Below are positions 18,904 to 27,474 of a DNA stretch of 64,000 bases, piece after piece (the stretch's first letter is position 1; the number at the start of each line of letters is the position of its first letter). The stretch is from positions 340,091 to 404,090 of the forward strand of contig JBFMHR010000002.1 in NCBI GenBank assembly GCA_040751795.1, read 5' to 3'. The notes under the pieces are model-generated. The model saw nothing but the letters and a program-made list of their open reading frames with translations. It did not search any database and was not told where the DNA came from. Source of the stretch: Thermoplasmatota archaeon. GTDB lineage: Archaea; Thermoplasmatota; Thermoplasmata; UBA10834. The position numbers and the translations under genes were made by a program.

Positions 18904-20087
18904 GGATGGTAATGACCGGCAACTACGCCTCCGCCTACGGCGCGAAGGTGTCCAAGGCGCAGGTCATCGCGGCCTACCCCATAACCCCCCAGACGTCCAT
19001 CGTGGAGAAGCTCGCGGACTTCGTGTCCTCGGGCGAGATGAAGGCCAAGTTCATCCCGGTCGAGAGCGAGCACAGCGCCATGGCCGCGTGCGTCGCCGCG
19101 TCGACCGCGGGGGCCAGGACGTACACCGCGACCAGCTCGCACGGCCTCACCCTCATGCACGAGGTGCTGATGTGGGCCTCGGCCGCGCGCCTGCCCGTCG
19201 TCATGACGAACGTGAGCAGGGCGATGGCGCCCCCGTGGAGCGTCTGGGCGGACCACATGGACTCCGTCGCGCAGCGCGACACGGGATGGCTCCAGTTCTT
19301 CTGCGAGGGCAACCAGGAGGTCCTCGACACGATCATCATGGCGTACAAGGTCTGCGAGAGCAGGGGGGTGATGCTCCCCGCGATGATCATCGAGGACGCG
19401 TTCATACTCTCGCACACGTCGGAGCCGGTCGACGTCCCCGAGCAGGAGCTCGTCGACTCGTTCCTGCCGCCCTACGACCCCGAGCTCAGGATCGAGCCCG
19501 GCAAGGCGCGGGGCTTCGGCTCCCTGGTCCGGCCGGACCAGTACATGGAGTTCAGGTACAAGGCCATGCTCGCCATGAGGGACGCGCACGACAGGTTCCT
19601 CAGGGTCGAGAAGGAGTTCAAGCAGGTCTTCGGGCGCGAGTACGGCGGCCTCCTCGACGCCTACAGGTGCGACGACGCCGAGGTCGTGCTCGTCGCGGCC
19701 GGATCGGTCGCGGCCACGGCAAAGGACGTCGTCGACGCGCTGAGGGAGAAGGGCCAGCCGGTCGGGCTGGCCCGGCTGAGGGGGTTCAGGCCGTTCCCCC
19801 ACGAGGAGTTCAGGGCCCTGGCCCCCAAGGTCGCGGGCATAGGCGTGCTCGACAGGTCGTACACCTTCGGCCCCGCGGGGGCGTTCTACACCGAGGTCAA
19901 GGCCTCGCTCTACAGCTGCCAGAAGCGCCCGGTGATGAAGAACTACATCGCGGGCCTGGGCGGCAGGGACATCACCCCCAGGATCATCGAGAGGATCTTC
20001 GAGGACATCCAGCTCACGACCAAGAGGGGCGGGGGCGACGAGGTCGAGTGGGTCGACGTCGCGGGCCTTCCGAGGAGGTGGCGCTGA
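18900..20087 (+). CDS. porA: 2-oxoacid:ferredoxin oxidoreductase alpha subunit
   Basis: AYPITPQT, VESEHSA, TATSSHGL, GLGGRD. Confidence 0.92.
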   Translation: MRMVMTGNYASAYGAKVSKAQVIAAYPITPQTSIVEKLADFVSSGEMKAKFIPVESEHSAMAACVAASTAGARTYTATSSHGLTLMHEVLMWASAARLPVVMTNVSRAMAPPWSVWADHMDSVAQRDTGWLQFFCEGNQEVLDTIIMAYKVCESRGVMLPAMIIEDAFILSHTSEPVDVPEQELVDSFLPPYDPELRIEPGKARGFGSLVRPDQYMEFRYKAMLAMRDAHDRFLRVEKEFKQVFGREYGGLLDAYRCDDAEVVLVAAGSVAATAKDVVDALREKGQPVGLARLRGFRPFPHEEFRALAPKVAGIGVLDRSYTFGPAGAFYTEVKASLYSCQKRPVMKNYIAGLGGRDITPRIIERIFEDIQLTTKRGGGDEVEWVDVAGLPRRWR

Positions 20088-20977
20088 TGGGCAAGACGAC
20101 GATACCCGAGGAGGAGTTCGCCTACCCGGGCAGCACCGGCTGCCCCGGGTGCGGCGCGAACCTCGTGATGAGGTACCTCCTGAAGGGCCTCGGCGAGAGG
20201 ACCGTCCTGTCCATACCCGCCTGCTGCTGGGCGGTCATGCCCGGCTACTGGCCGAGCAACTGCCTGAAGGTCCCCATACTGTACACGGCCTTCGAGGCCA
20301 CGGGCGCCGGCATATCCGGGCTGAGGGCCGCGTTCGACATCAAGGGCATGGAGGACGTCACGGTCGTGGGCTTCGCCGGGGATGGCGGGACCGTGGACAT
20401 AGGGCTGCAGGCGCTGTCCGGCGCGGCGGAGAGGCAGACCGACGCCATATACGTCATGTACGACAACGAGGCGTACATGAACACCGGGATACAGAGGAGC
20501 GGCTCGACCCCCTGGGGCGCCTGGACGACCACGACCCCCGTGGGGAGCAACCACGAGTACAAGCACGAGCCGAAGAAGGACATCATGGCGATCATGGAGG
20601 CCCACGGGATCCCGTACGCAGCCACCCTGTCGGTGGCGCACCCGGAGGACTTCGTCAAGAAGGCGCAGAAGGCCAAGTCGGTCAAGGGACTGAGGTTCAT
20701 GCACGCCCTCTCGCCCTGCCCGCCAGGGTGGCGCCTCAACCCCCAGCTCACGGTGGAGATAGCCCGCCTGGCCGTCGACACACACCTCTTCCCGCTCTAC
20801 GAGATAGAGGGCGGGAGGCTCAGGATCACCAGGAAGGGGAAGGGCACCCCGGTCAGGGAGTACCTCAAGCTGCAGGGCAGGTTCTCGCACCTGACGGACG
20901 AGGAGGCCGACGCCATACAGAGGGCGGTCGACGCCCGGTGGGCCGCGCTCCTCGAGAGGGAGGAGAAGGACGCCTGA
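20087..20977 (+). CDS. porB: 2-oxoacid:ferredoxin oxidoreductase beta subunit (TPP-binding)
   Basis: CPGCG, AGDGGTVDIG, YDNEAYMNTGIQRS, SPCPPGW. Confidence 0.92.
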   Translation: MGKTTIPEEEFAYPGSTGCPGCGANLVMRYLLKGLGERTVLSIPACCWAVMPGYWPSNCLKVPILYTAFEATGAGISGLRAAFDIKGMEDVTVVGFAGDGGTVDIGLQALSGAAERQTDAIYVMYDNEAYMNTGIQRSGSTPWGAWTTTTPVGSNHEYKHEPKKDIMAIMEAHGIPYAATLSVAHPEDFVKKAQKAKSVKGLRFMHALSPCPPGWRLNPQLTVEIARLAVDTHLFPLYEIEGGRLRITRKGKGTPVREYLKLQGRFSHLTDEEADAIQRAVDARWAALLEREEKDA

Positions 20978-20982
20978 CGGCG

Positions 20983-22086
20983 TCACGCGACCTTGAGCAG
21001 CCTCTTCCTCCTGTACCCGGTCACGACCTTCACGGTGCCCCTCAGCTCCGCGTCCAGGGCGGGGTCGCCGGTGTCCACCCTGAGGAGGGGGGTGCCGCGC
21101 AGCTTCGAAGGGCTCGCCACGACGACTATGTTCGCCCTCCCGACCTTCCGCACGACCCTGGGGGATATCTGCTGGTTCCCCCTCCCGAGGAAGAACCCCT
21201 GGGCGCCGATGGGCGACACCACTATCCTCGCGTCCGCGTGCTCCTCGAGCTCCCTGAGCAGGTCGGCCTCGGTCGCGTCCGCGCGCACGCGCCCGCGGTC
21301 CCTGTAGACGTCGACCCCGAGGAGGGACTTCAGCTGCCCCATCGACCTCGCGATCCGGGCGGTGGTGCCCCCGGGCCCGACGATGTAGGTGACGCCGGGC
21401 TCCATGCAGTCGGCGATGTACTGGCCGATCTCGTCGGCCTCGTCGTCGGCGGTCCCGGAGGAGTACGACTCCTTCCCGGACTGCACGTGCTCGGCGACGT
21501 CCGGGGTGAGGGCGACGCCGAAGAGCCTCGCCTTGACCTCGCCCATCCTGAACGACTCCTCGTCGACGTCCATGACCTCCGCCTCCCTCACCGCCTTCGA
21601 GCGCGAGAAGGCCGCGAGGAGGTCGCCCAGCTCCGAGGGAGTGTTGAGGAAGACGGCGGAGTGCATCTTGACGCCAGAGGGCACGCCCAGGACCGGCATG
21701 TCCGAGCCCGCCTCCGCGAGGACGTCCCTCGCCGTCCCGTCGCCGCCGACGAAGACGACCAGGTCCGCGCCATTGGACACGAAGGCCTTCACGGCCTCGC
21801 GCGTGTCGCGCGCGGATGTGACCTCGGCGTGCCCGCACACGACTTCGTGCCCGACCCCGGCGGCCTTGAACACCTCCTCTCCCATCTCGCCCCCGCAGGT
21901 CAGGAAACGGACTTCGCCGACCTTGCCGGGGACGGACCGGAGCGCCTCGGCCGCCCTGTCGGCCGACGTCCTGCGGGCGCCGCGTCTCAGCGCCTCGTCC
22001 AGGACGCCCTCCCCGTCGGTGCCCTTGAGGCCCACCGGTCCCCCCATCCCCGCGACCGGGTTGACCACGAAGCCCACAGTCAGCAT
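20983..22086 (-). CDS. ATP-NAD kinase family protein
   Basis: NPVAGMGG, LKGTDG, GGDGTARD, GVKMHS, GRGNQQ. Confidence 0.88.
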   Translation of the reverse strand: MLTVGFVVNPVAGMGGPVGLKGTDGEGVLDEALRRGARRTSADRAAEALRSVPGKVGEVRFLTCGGEMGEEVFKAAGVGHEVVCGHAEVTSARDTREAVKAFVSNGADLVVFVGGDGTARDVLAEAGSDMPVLGVPSGVKMHSAVFLNTPSELGDLLAAFSRSKAVREAEVMDVDEESFRMGEVKARLFGVALTPDVAEHVQSGKESYSSGTADDEADEIGQYIADCMEPGVTYIVGPGGTTARIARSMGQLKSLLGVDVYRDRGRVRADATEADLLRELEEHADARIVVSPIGAQGFFLGRGNQQISPRVVRKVGRANIVVVASPSKLRGTPLLRVDTGDPALDAELRGTVKVVTGYRRKRLLKVA

Positions 22087-22205
22087 CGGGGATGTCAGGA
22101 GGTTATGGGTAGAAACGCTTTGTGCAGAGCGACGGTGCCGCTGCTGGTCAGGTCAGAAATCGCTAGAAGGAGGCCCTGCGGGCCTCCGTTTCGGGGTTTG
22201 CAGGC

Positions 22206-22607
22206 TCAAGATGCGGGCTCTTCCGACGGCGGCTCGGCGAAGTCCGCGACGTCCGACATGGACTCGAATGTCCAGGCGCACAGGGGCTCCCAGGCCTCCG
22301 TCCCGTCCGATGGTCCGGCGGCGACCATCAGGTGGACCTTGACCTGCTCCCCGTCCTCGTACCTGTCCTTCGAGATGAAGACCTTCCCTGGAAGCTGGCT
22401 GAGCCTCCTCAGCGCGCCCGAGCGCACGGGGACGGAGATCTCCCCGACCTCGGAGCTGTCCGAGAGGGTCTGGATGTCCTCGGCGCACTGCCCGAAAAGG
22501 TGGCGCAGCTGCCCCTCGAGCCGCACCATCCTCATGGTGTCCCACTCCTCGTCGTCCATGGTCGAGTAGGCCAGCCACTCCCTCATGCCCTTCACCAGGT
22601 CGGCCAA
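22206..22607 (-). CDS. Hypothetical protein (third gene of the RHH-ftsZ operon)
   Basis: TTG after a GAGGTGA SD; acidic 133 aa; host-like codon usage. Confidence 0.7.
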   Translation of the reverse strand: MADLVKGMREWLAYSTMDDEEWDTMRMVRLEGQLRHLFGQCAEDIQTLSDSSEVGEISVPVRSGALRRLSQLPGKVFISKDRYEDGEQVKVHLMVAAGPSDGTEAWEPLCAWTFESMSDVADFAEPPSEEPAS

Positions 22608-22644
22608 AGCAGTTCACCTCCTCGGGACCCGCTCTCCTGCCACC

Positions 22645-23421
22645 TCAGAAGGACCCGGGGCCGAAGTTGCCCAGCATCGGGTTGAGGTCGGCGTGTATGA
22701 ACTGCTCGTGCTCCTGCGGCGGCCTGACGGGCATCGGCTCCTCGAAGGCGTCCCCGTACCCGACGACGTCCTCCATGAGGGTCGACACGTACGAGCTGGT
22801 CTGGTCGCTGACGCTCTCGACGATCTTCATGACGCTCCTGTCTATGACCTTCAGCGCCTCGGACATTGGGATGTCGTCGGCGAGGCCCACGAGCTTGTTG
22901 TTGTCCAGGACGATCGTGAAGCTGGCGCTCTCCTTGAGCTTGGCCAGCCCGTCGGCGGCGGCCTCGGACCTGCCCTCGTGCTCGAAGGGCATGATCGGCA
23001 GCGCGAACGAGACGGCGTTCGTCTCCCTGGCGACGCTCGCGACCACCGGCGCCACGCCGGTCCCGGTCCCGCCGCCCATCCCTGCCACCACGAATATGAT
23101 GTCGTAGCCCCTGATCGCCTCGCGGATGACCTCGCGCGCCTTCTCGGCACAGTGCTCCCCGACCTCGGGGTACCCTCCGGCGTCCTTGCCGAAGGCCACG
23201 TTCTTGCCTATCAGCACCTTCCTGTGGGCGTCGACCTTCTTCAGGTGCTCCTCGTCGGTGTTGATCGCGACGGTCTCCACCCTGTTGTGCTTCCAGTACA
23301 TCCCGTGCACTATGTTCGAGCCAGCTCCGCCGCATCCCACGACCGCGATGGTCGGCTCTCCCAAGCTCACTCCAAGCGAGTTTAGTATCTCCTCGGTCCT
23401 GCTCCCTTCTTCCGCCGTCAT
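22645..23421 (-). CDS. ftsZ: Truncated FtsZ/tubulin-family protein (N-terminal GTP-binding domain only)
   Basis: VVGCGGAGSN, AINTD, GMGGGTGTG, PFEHEG, LDNNKL; no NxDxxD T7 loop, only 258 aa. Confidence 0.85.
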   Translation of the reverse strand: MTAEEGSRTEEILNSLGVSLGEPTIAVVGCGGAGSNIVHGMYWKHNRVETVAINTDEEHLKKVDAHRKVLIGKNVAFGKDAGGYPEVGEHCAEKAREVIREAIRGYDIIFVVAGMGGGTGTGVAPVVASVARETNAVSFALPIMPFEHEGRSEAAADGLAKLKESASFTIVLDNNKLVGLADDIPMSEALKVIDRSVMKIVESVSDQTSSYVSTLMEDVVGYGDAFEEPMPVRPPQEHEQFIHADLNPMLGNFGPGSF

Positions 23422-23511
23422 CCTTCCTGGCCTCCGTGCGCCGCCGCGATGGAGGGGAGACCCTCGTCGAGAGTCTCCCCCACCAGTGCGTTCTCCGTCC
23501 TCTACGGGTGC

Positions 23512-23889
23512 CTATGTCTTCGGGACCACCTTGACCGCGCTCCGCTGCTGGTTCGCGTCCATCTTCAGCGTCTCCACATGCTCCGTGCGGAGGAACTGGT
23601 GGCGCGCGCAGTCGGCCAGTGCCTCGGACGTCGAGTTGTAGACGCCCTCGGCCACCAGGTGCGCGATCGTGTCCAGAACGAGCGGTGGCAGTTCCACGAC
23701 GACCTCGTTCAGCTTCTTGGTCCCCTCGGCACACCCGATCTTCGCCTCAACGTACGCGCGTATCGCGGCGCGCGCAAGTTGGGACCTGTTGGAGAACTCG
23801 TTGCTAGCCGAGATGAACTCGTCTATCAGACGCAGGTCGTCCGCGTCCAACCGAAGAGTTATCCGCTCGTTCTCCAAGGGGTCGTTCAA
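23512..23889 (-). CDS. Ribbon-helix-helix (CopG/Arc-MetJ, CdrS-like) regulator with two RHH units
   Basis: ERITLRL...FSNRSQLARAAIR and VVVELP...GVYNSTSEAL; lies upstream of ftsZ. Confidence 0.85.
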   Translation of the reverse strand: MNDPLENERITLRLDADDLRLIDEFISASNEFSNRSQLARAAIRAYVEAKIGCAEGTKKLNEVVVELPPLVLDTIAHLVAEGVYNSTSEALADCARHQFLRTEHVETLKMDANQQRSAVKVVPKT

Positions 23890-23924
23890 GTGTGCATCCC
23901 ATCCCGATTTTCAGACGCAGAAGG

Positions 23925-23989
23925 GACATATGTCATACGACCGTATATATAGGTATCCGAAATGTCACATTTCGTCTGATTATGTCATA
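23925..23989. promoter_or_regulatory. Promoter/operator of the RHH-ftsZ operon
   Basis: TATATATA 23944-23951 flanked by ATGTCA(T/C)A at 23930, 23962 and 23982; palindromes GACATATGTC and CGAAATGT-C-ACATTTCG. Confidence 0.6.
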
Positions 23990-24138
23990 TCGGCCTACTG
24001 GCGGCCGTCCAACGGGGGGCGTCGGGGCGCGTCCCGGTATGACGTCCCGGCCCTGATTGACGCTGGGCGGTCATACGCAGAGAAGGTTTATCATCCTGTT
24101 GCGGGATGCGTCGGCACCGCAGTTGGGGGGCCAACAGA

Positions 24139-24432
24139 TTGGAGACCGAGGGTTCTAGCGACGGAGCATGCCATTGCAGGGACAGGCGCCTGCTGCTGGT
24201 CGTGGGCCTCGGGATGGCGCTGTTCATCGCGGGCTTCCTCATCTCCGTCGCCTCGCTGTCCGGGCCGGGGACGGTCCCCGCGGAGGAGACGAGCTACCTC
24301 GCCAGCGAGTCCGCGTCGGACGGCCAGCCGCTGTCCCTCTTCATGGGCCTGCTCCTGAGCCTCGCGGGCGTCGTGCTGGCCACGGCGGCCCCGGCGGTGT
24401 TCTTCATACACGCGCGCAACGGCTCCGCGTGA
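24139..24432 (+). CDS. Small two-TM membrane protein
   Basis: TTG 24139 after a G-run; two hydrophobic helices. Confidence 0.65.
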   Translation: METEGSSDGACHCRDRRLLLVVGLGMALFIAGFLISVASLSGPGTVPAEETSYLASESASDGQPLSLFMGLLLSLAGVVLATAAPAVFFIHARNGSA

Positions 24433-24497
24433 CCGCCCGCGCCCTCGAATAACCTTTTATCGCCCTCGGCCATTCCGTCCTGGGCTGGCTGAAGACG

Positions 24498-27380
24498 ATG
24501 ACCCTGGACTTCTCCGCGATAGAGGCCAAGTGGCGGGACGCCTGGTACGAGGCGAGGATAAACGAGTCCGAGCCCGAGCCCGGCAAGAAGAAGTTCTTCA
24601 TGATCTTCGCCTACCCCGGGGTCACGGGCTACCTACACGTCGGCCACATGCGGGGGTACAGCGTGACGGACGCCATCGTCCGCTACAAGCTCATGACGGG
24701 CCACAGGGTGCTCTTCCCGGTGGGCACCCACGCGACGGGGAACGGCGCCATAAGCCTGGCCCGCAGGATCCAGAGGCGGGACCCCGCGATAATAGACCTC
24801 CTCACCGCGAACGGATGCACCCAGGAGCAGCTCTCGAAGATGTCCGACCCGATGGAGGTCGTGAGGTTCTTCAACTCCGTGTACGTGAACGACTACTGGA
24901 AGCGCTTCGGGTTCATGTCCGACTGGCGCAGGTTCACGTCGACCATCAACCCCGACTACTCGAAGTTCATAGAGTGGCAGATGAGGAAGCTGATGTCCCG
25001 CGGGCTACTCGTCCAGAGGCCGTACTACGCCCCGGCGTGCCTCGAGCACGGCCCCGTCGCCGTCGACGCGTCGGAGACGGACATAATGAGGGGCGGGAAC
25101 GCTGAGGTCCTGGAGTACACGCTGCTCAAGTTCGACCTCGAGGACGGGAGGAAGCTCGTGGCGGCCACGCTCAGGCCAGAGACCGTCTTCGGCTTGACCA
25201 ACTTCTGGGTCAACCCCGACGTCGAGTACGTCGACGTGGGAATCAGGGGCGAGACGTGGGTGGTGAGCCGGCCTGCCGCGGAGAAGCTGGCGCTGCAGAT
25301 GGACGACGTGAAGGTCGCCGGCGCCGCGGACGGCAGGTCTCTCATGGGGAAGAGGTGCAGGGCGCCCTACACTGGCAAGTCGATACCCATCTTCCCGTCG
25401 AAGCTGTGCGACCCGAACGTGGGGACGGGCCTCGTCATGAGCGTCCCCTCCGACGCCCCGGTCGACTGGATAGGCCTCGTCGAGCTCGGGAGGGACGAGG
25501 CCTCGATGAGGACGTACGGCATCACCAGGGAGATGGTCGAGTCGGCGGCGCCCGTCGCCATCATAGACACCCCCGGATGGGGCCCGATGCCCGCCGTCGA
25601 GATAACCCGGAGGATGGGCATCGAATCGCTGGAGGACCCGAAGCTCGAGGAGGCCACCAAGGAGGTCTACAAGAGCGGCTTCCACAAGGGCGTCATGAAC
25701 TCGGCGTGCGGCGCGTTCGCCGGGCAGCCGGTCGAGCGCGCCAAGGACGCGATCCGCGAGGAGCTCATGGCGAACGGCCAGGCCGCGGCCATGCACGACC
25801 TCTCGGAGGAGGTGCTGTGCAGGTGCGGGGGGAAGGTGTACGTCAAGAAGATCCCCGACCAGTGGTTCATAGACTACGCGAACCCGGGGCTGAAGGAGCG
25901 CTCCAAGGAGCACGCGACCACGATGAACATCCTCCCCAAGGAGTACTTCGACAACATCCAGTCCGTCCTGGACTGGTACAGGGAGCGCGCCTCCGTGAGG
26001 CTGGGGAACTGGCTCGGGACCAGGTTCCCGTACGACCCCAAGTGGATCATCGAGGCGATAGCGGACTCCACCCTCTACCCCGTATACTACATAATCTCCA
26101 TGTACGCCAACCAGGGCCTCGTCAGGCCGGAGGCGATGACCGAGGAGTTCTTCGACCACGTGCTCCTCGGGGAGGGCACGCCGGAGGAGGTCCAGAGGGC
26201 GACTGGGGTCCCTGCCGAGACGCTCCGGAGGATCAGGGGCGAGTTCGAGTACTGGTACCCCCTGGACGTCAACCTCGGCGGCAAGGAGCACATGACCGTC
26301 CACTTCCCGGTCTTCCTGATGAACCACGTGGCGGTCCTCAGGCCGCAGCACTGGCCCAGGGGCATACTCGTCAACTGGTACATCACGTCGAGCGGGGGGA
26401 AGATCTCCAAGTCGAAGGGCGGGGCCCAGCCCATACCCGACGCGGCGGAGCGGTTCGGCGTCGACGCCCTCAGGCTGTTCTACGCGCACGTCGCCTCGCT
26501 GTACGTCGACGTGGTCTGGGAGGACGAGAAGGTCGAGCACTACAGGGACAGGCTCGCCCGGACGTGGGCGCAGGTCCACGAGGCCCTCGCGGCGGAGGAC
26601 GGCGGCCCTGGCCCGATGGACGCGTGGCTGGACGCCAGGGTGCAGTCGAGGCTCGCCAGGCTCAGGGGGTACATGGACGTCTACGACGTGAGGTCGTACT
26701 CGAACGAGGTCTACTTCGAGATGCCGCAGGACCTCAGGTGGTACTCCAAGCGCGGCGGGAGGAGCAGGGAGGCCGTCATGAGGGCCCTCGAGTCATGGGT
26801 CACCCTCATGGCCCCGATCACCCCGCACATCGCCGAGGAGCTCTGGGAGGCGATGGGCAGGGAGAGGTTCGTCTCCGTGAGGCAGATCCCCGAGGCGCGG
26901 GTGACGGAAGCCGTCCTCAGGGAGGAGGCCAAGGAGCGCCTCGTCGAGGCCCTGGCCAACGACGTGGCGGAGATAGTCAAGGTCACGGGGGTGAAGCCGT
27001 CCAGGATGGTCGTGATGGCCGCCCCGCAGTGGAAGCACGAGATGCTCGCGGAGGCGCTGTCCCAGCCGAAGGGGAAGCTGGACATGTCCTCGCTGATCAA
27101 GTCCGCGATGGCGAGGGCGGAGGGCTCGGGGGCCAAGAAGGAGGTCCCCGCCTACGCGAAGGAGCTGGCATCGGAGCTGGGAAGGTCCTCCGAGGAGGCG
27201 AGGAAGACCATGTCCCTCGCCGTCGACGAGGCTGAGGTGCTCCGCGGGGCGTCGGCGTTCCTTGGGGAGCAGTTCGGGTGCGAGGTCAGCGTCTTCTCCG
27301 CGGACGACCCGGCGAAGGTGGACCCCAAGGGGAAGGCCAAGTTCGCGAGGCCAGGCCGCCCGGCGGTCTACATCGAGTGA
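24498..27380 (+). CDS. leuS: Leucine--tRNA ligase (archaeal type)
   Basis: HVGH, ATLRPET, GTGLVMSVP, KISKSKG, C-terminal ARPGRPAVYIE. Confidence 0.95.
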   Translation: MTLDFSAIEAKWRDAWYEARINESEPEPGKKKFFMIFAYPGVTGYLHVGHMRGYSVTDAIVRYKLMTGHRVLFPVGTHATGNGAISLARRIQRRDPAIIDLLTANGCTQEQLSKMSDPMEVVRFFNSVYVNDYWKRFGFMSDWRRFTSTINPDYSKFIEWQMRKLMSRGLLVQRPYYAPACLEHGPVAVDASETDIMRGGNAEVLEYTLLKFDLEDGRKLVAATLRPETVFGLTNFWVNPDVEYVDVGIRGETWVVSRPAAEKLALQMDDVKVAGAADGRSLMGKRCRAPYTGKSIPIFPSKLCDPNVGTGLVMSVPSDAPVDWIGLVELGRDEASMRTYGITREMVESAAPVAIIDTPGWGPMPAVEITRRMGIESLEDPKLEEATKEVYKSGFHKGVMNSACGAFAGQPVERAKDAIREELMANGQAAAMHDLSEEVLCRCGGKVYVKKIPDQWFIDYANPGLKERSKEHATTMNILPKEYFDNIQSVLDWYRERASVRLGNWLGTRFPYDPKWIIEAIADSTLYPVYYIISMYANQGLVRPEAMTEEFFDHVLLGEGTPEEVQRATGVPAETLRRIRGEFEYWYPLDVNLGGKEHMTVHFPVFLMNHVAVLRPQHWPRGILVNWYITSSGGKISKSKGGAQPIPDAAERFGVDALRLFYAHVASLYVDVVWEDEKVEHYRDRLARTWAQVHEALAAEDGGPGPMDAWLDARVQSRLARLRGYMDVYDVRSYSNEVYFEMPQDLRWYSKRGGRSREAVMRALESWVTLMAPITPHIAEELWEAMGRERFVSVRQIPEARVTEAVLREEAKERLVEALANDVAEIVKVTGVKPSRMVVMAAPQWKHEMLAEALSQPKGKLDMSSLIKSAMARAEGSGAKKEVPAYAKELASELGRSSEEARKTMSLAVDEAEVLRGASAFLGEQFGCEVSVFSADDPAKVDPKGKAKFARPGRPAVYIE

Positions 27381-27474
27381 CGGGCGCGCCCGCGCACGCT
27401 GGTATTCCCTCTGATAACGAGGTGCGAAAGGATTAAGACGCGTCTGACCAGTTATCGCCATACTGGTCGTTATC

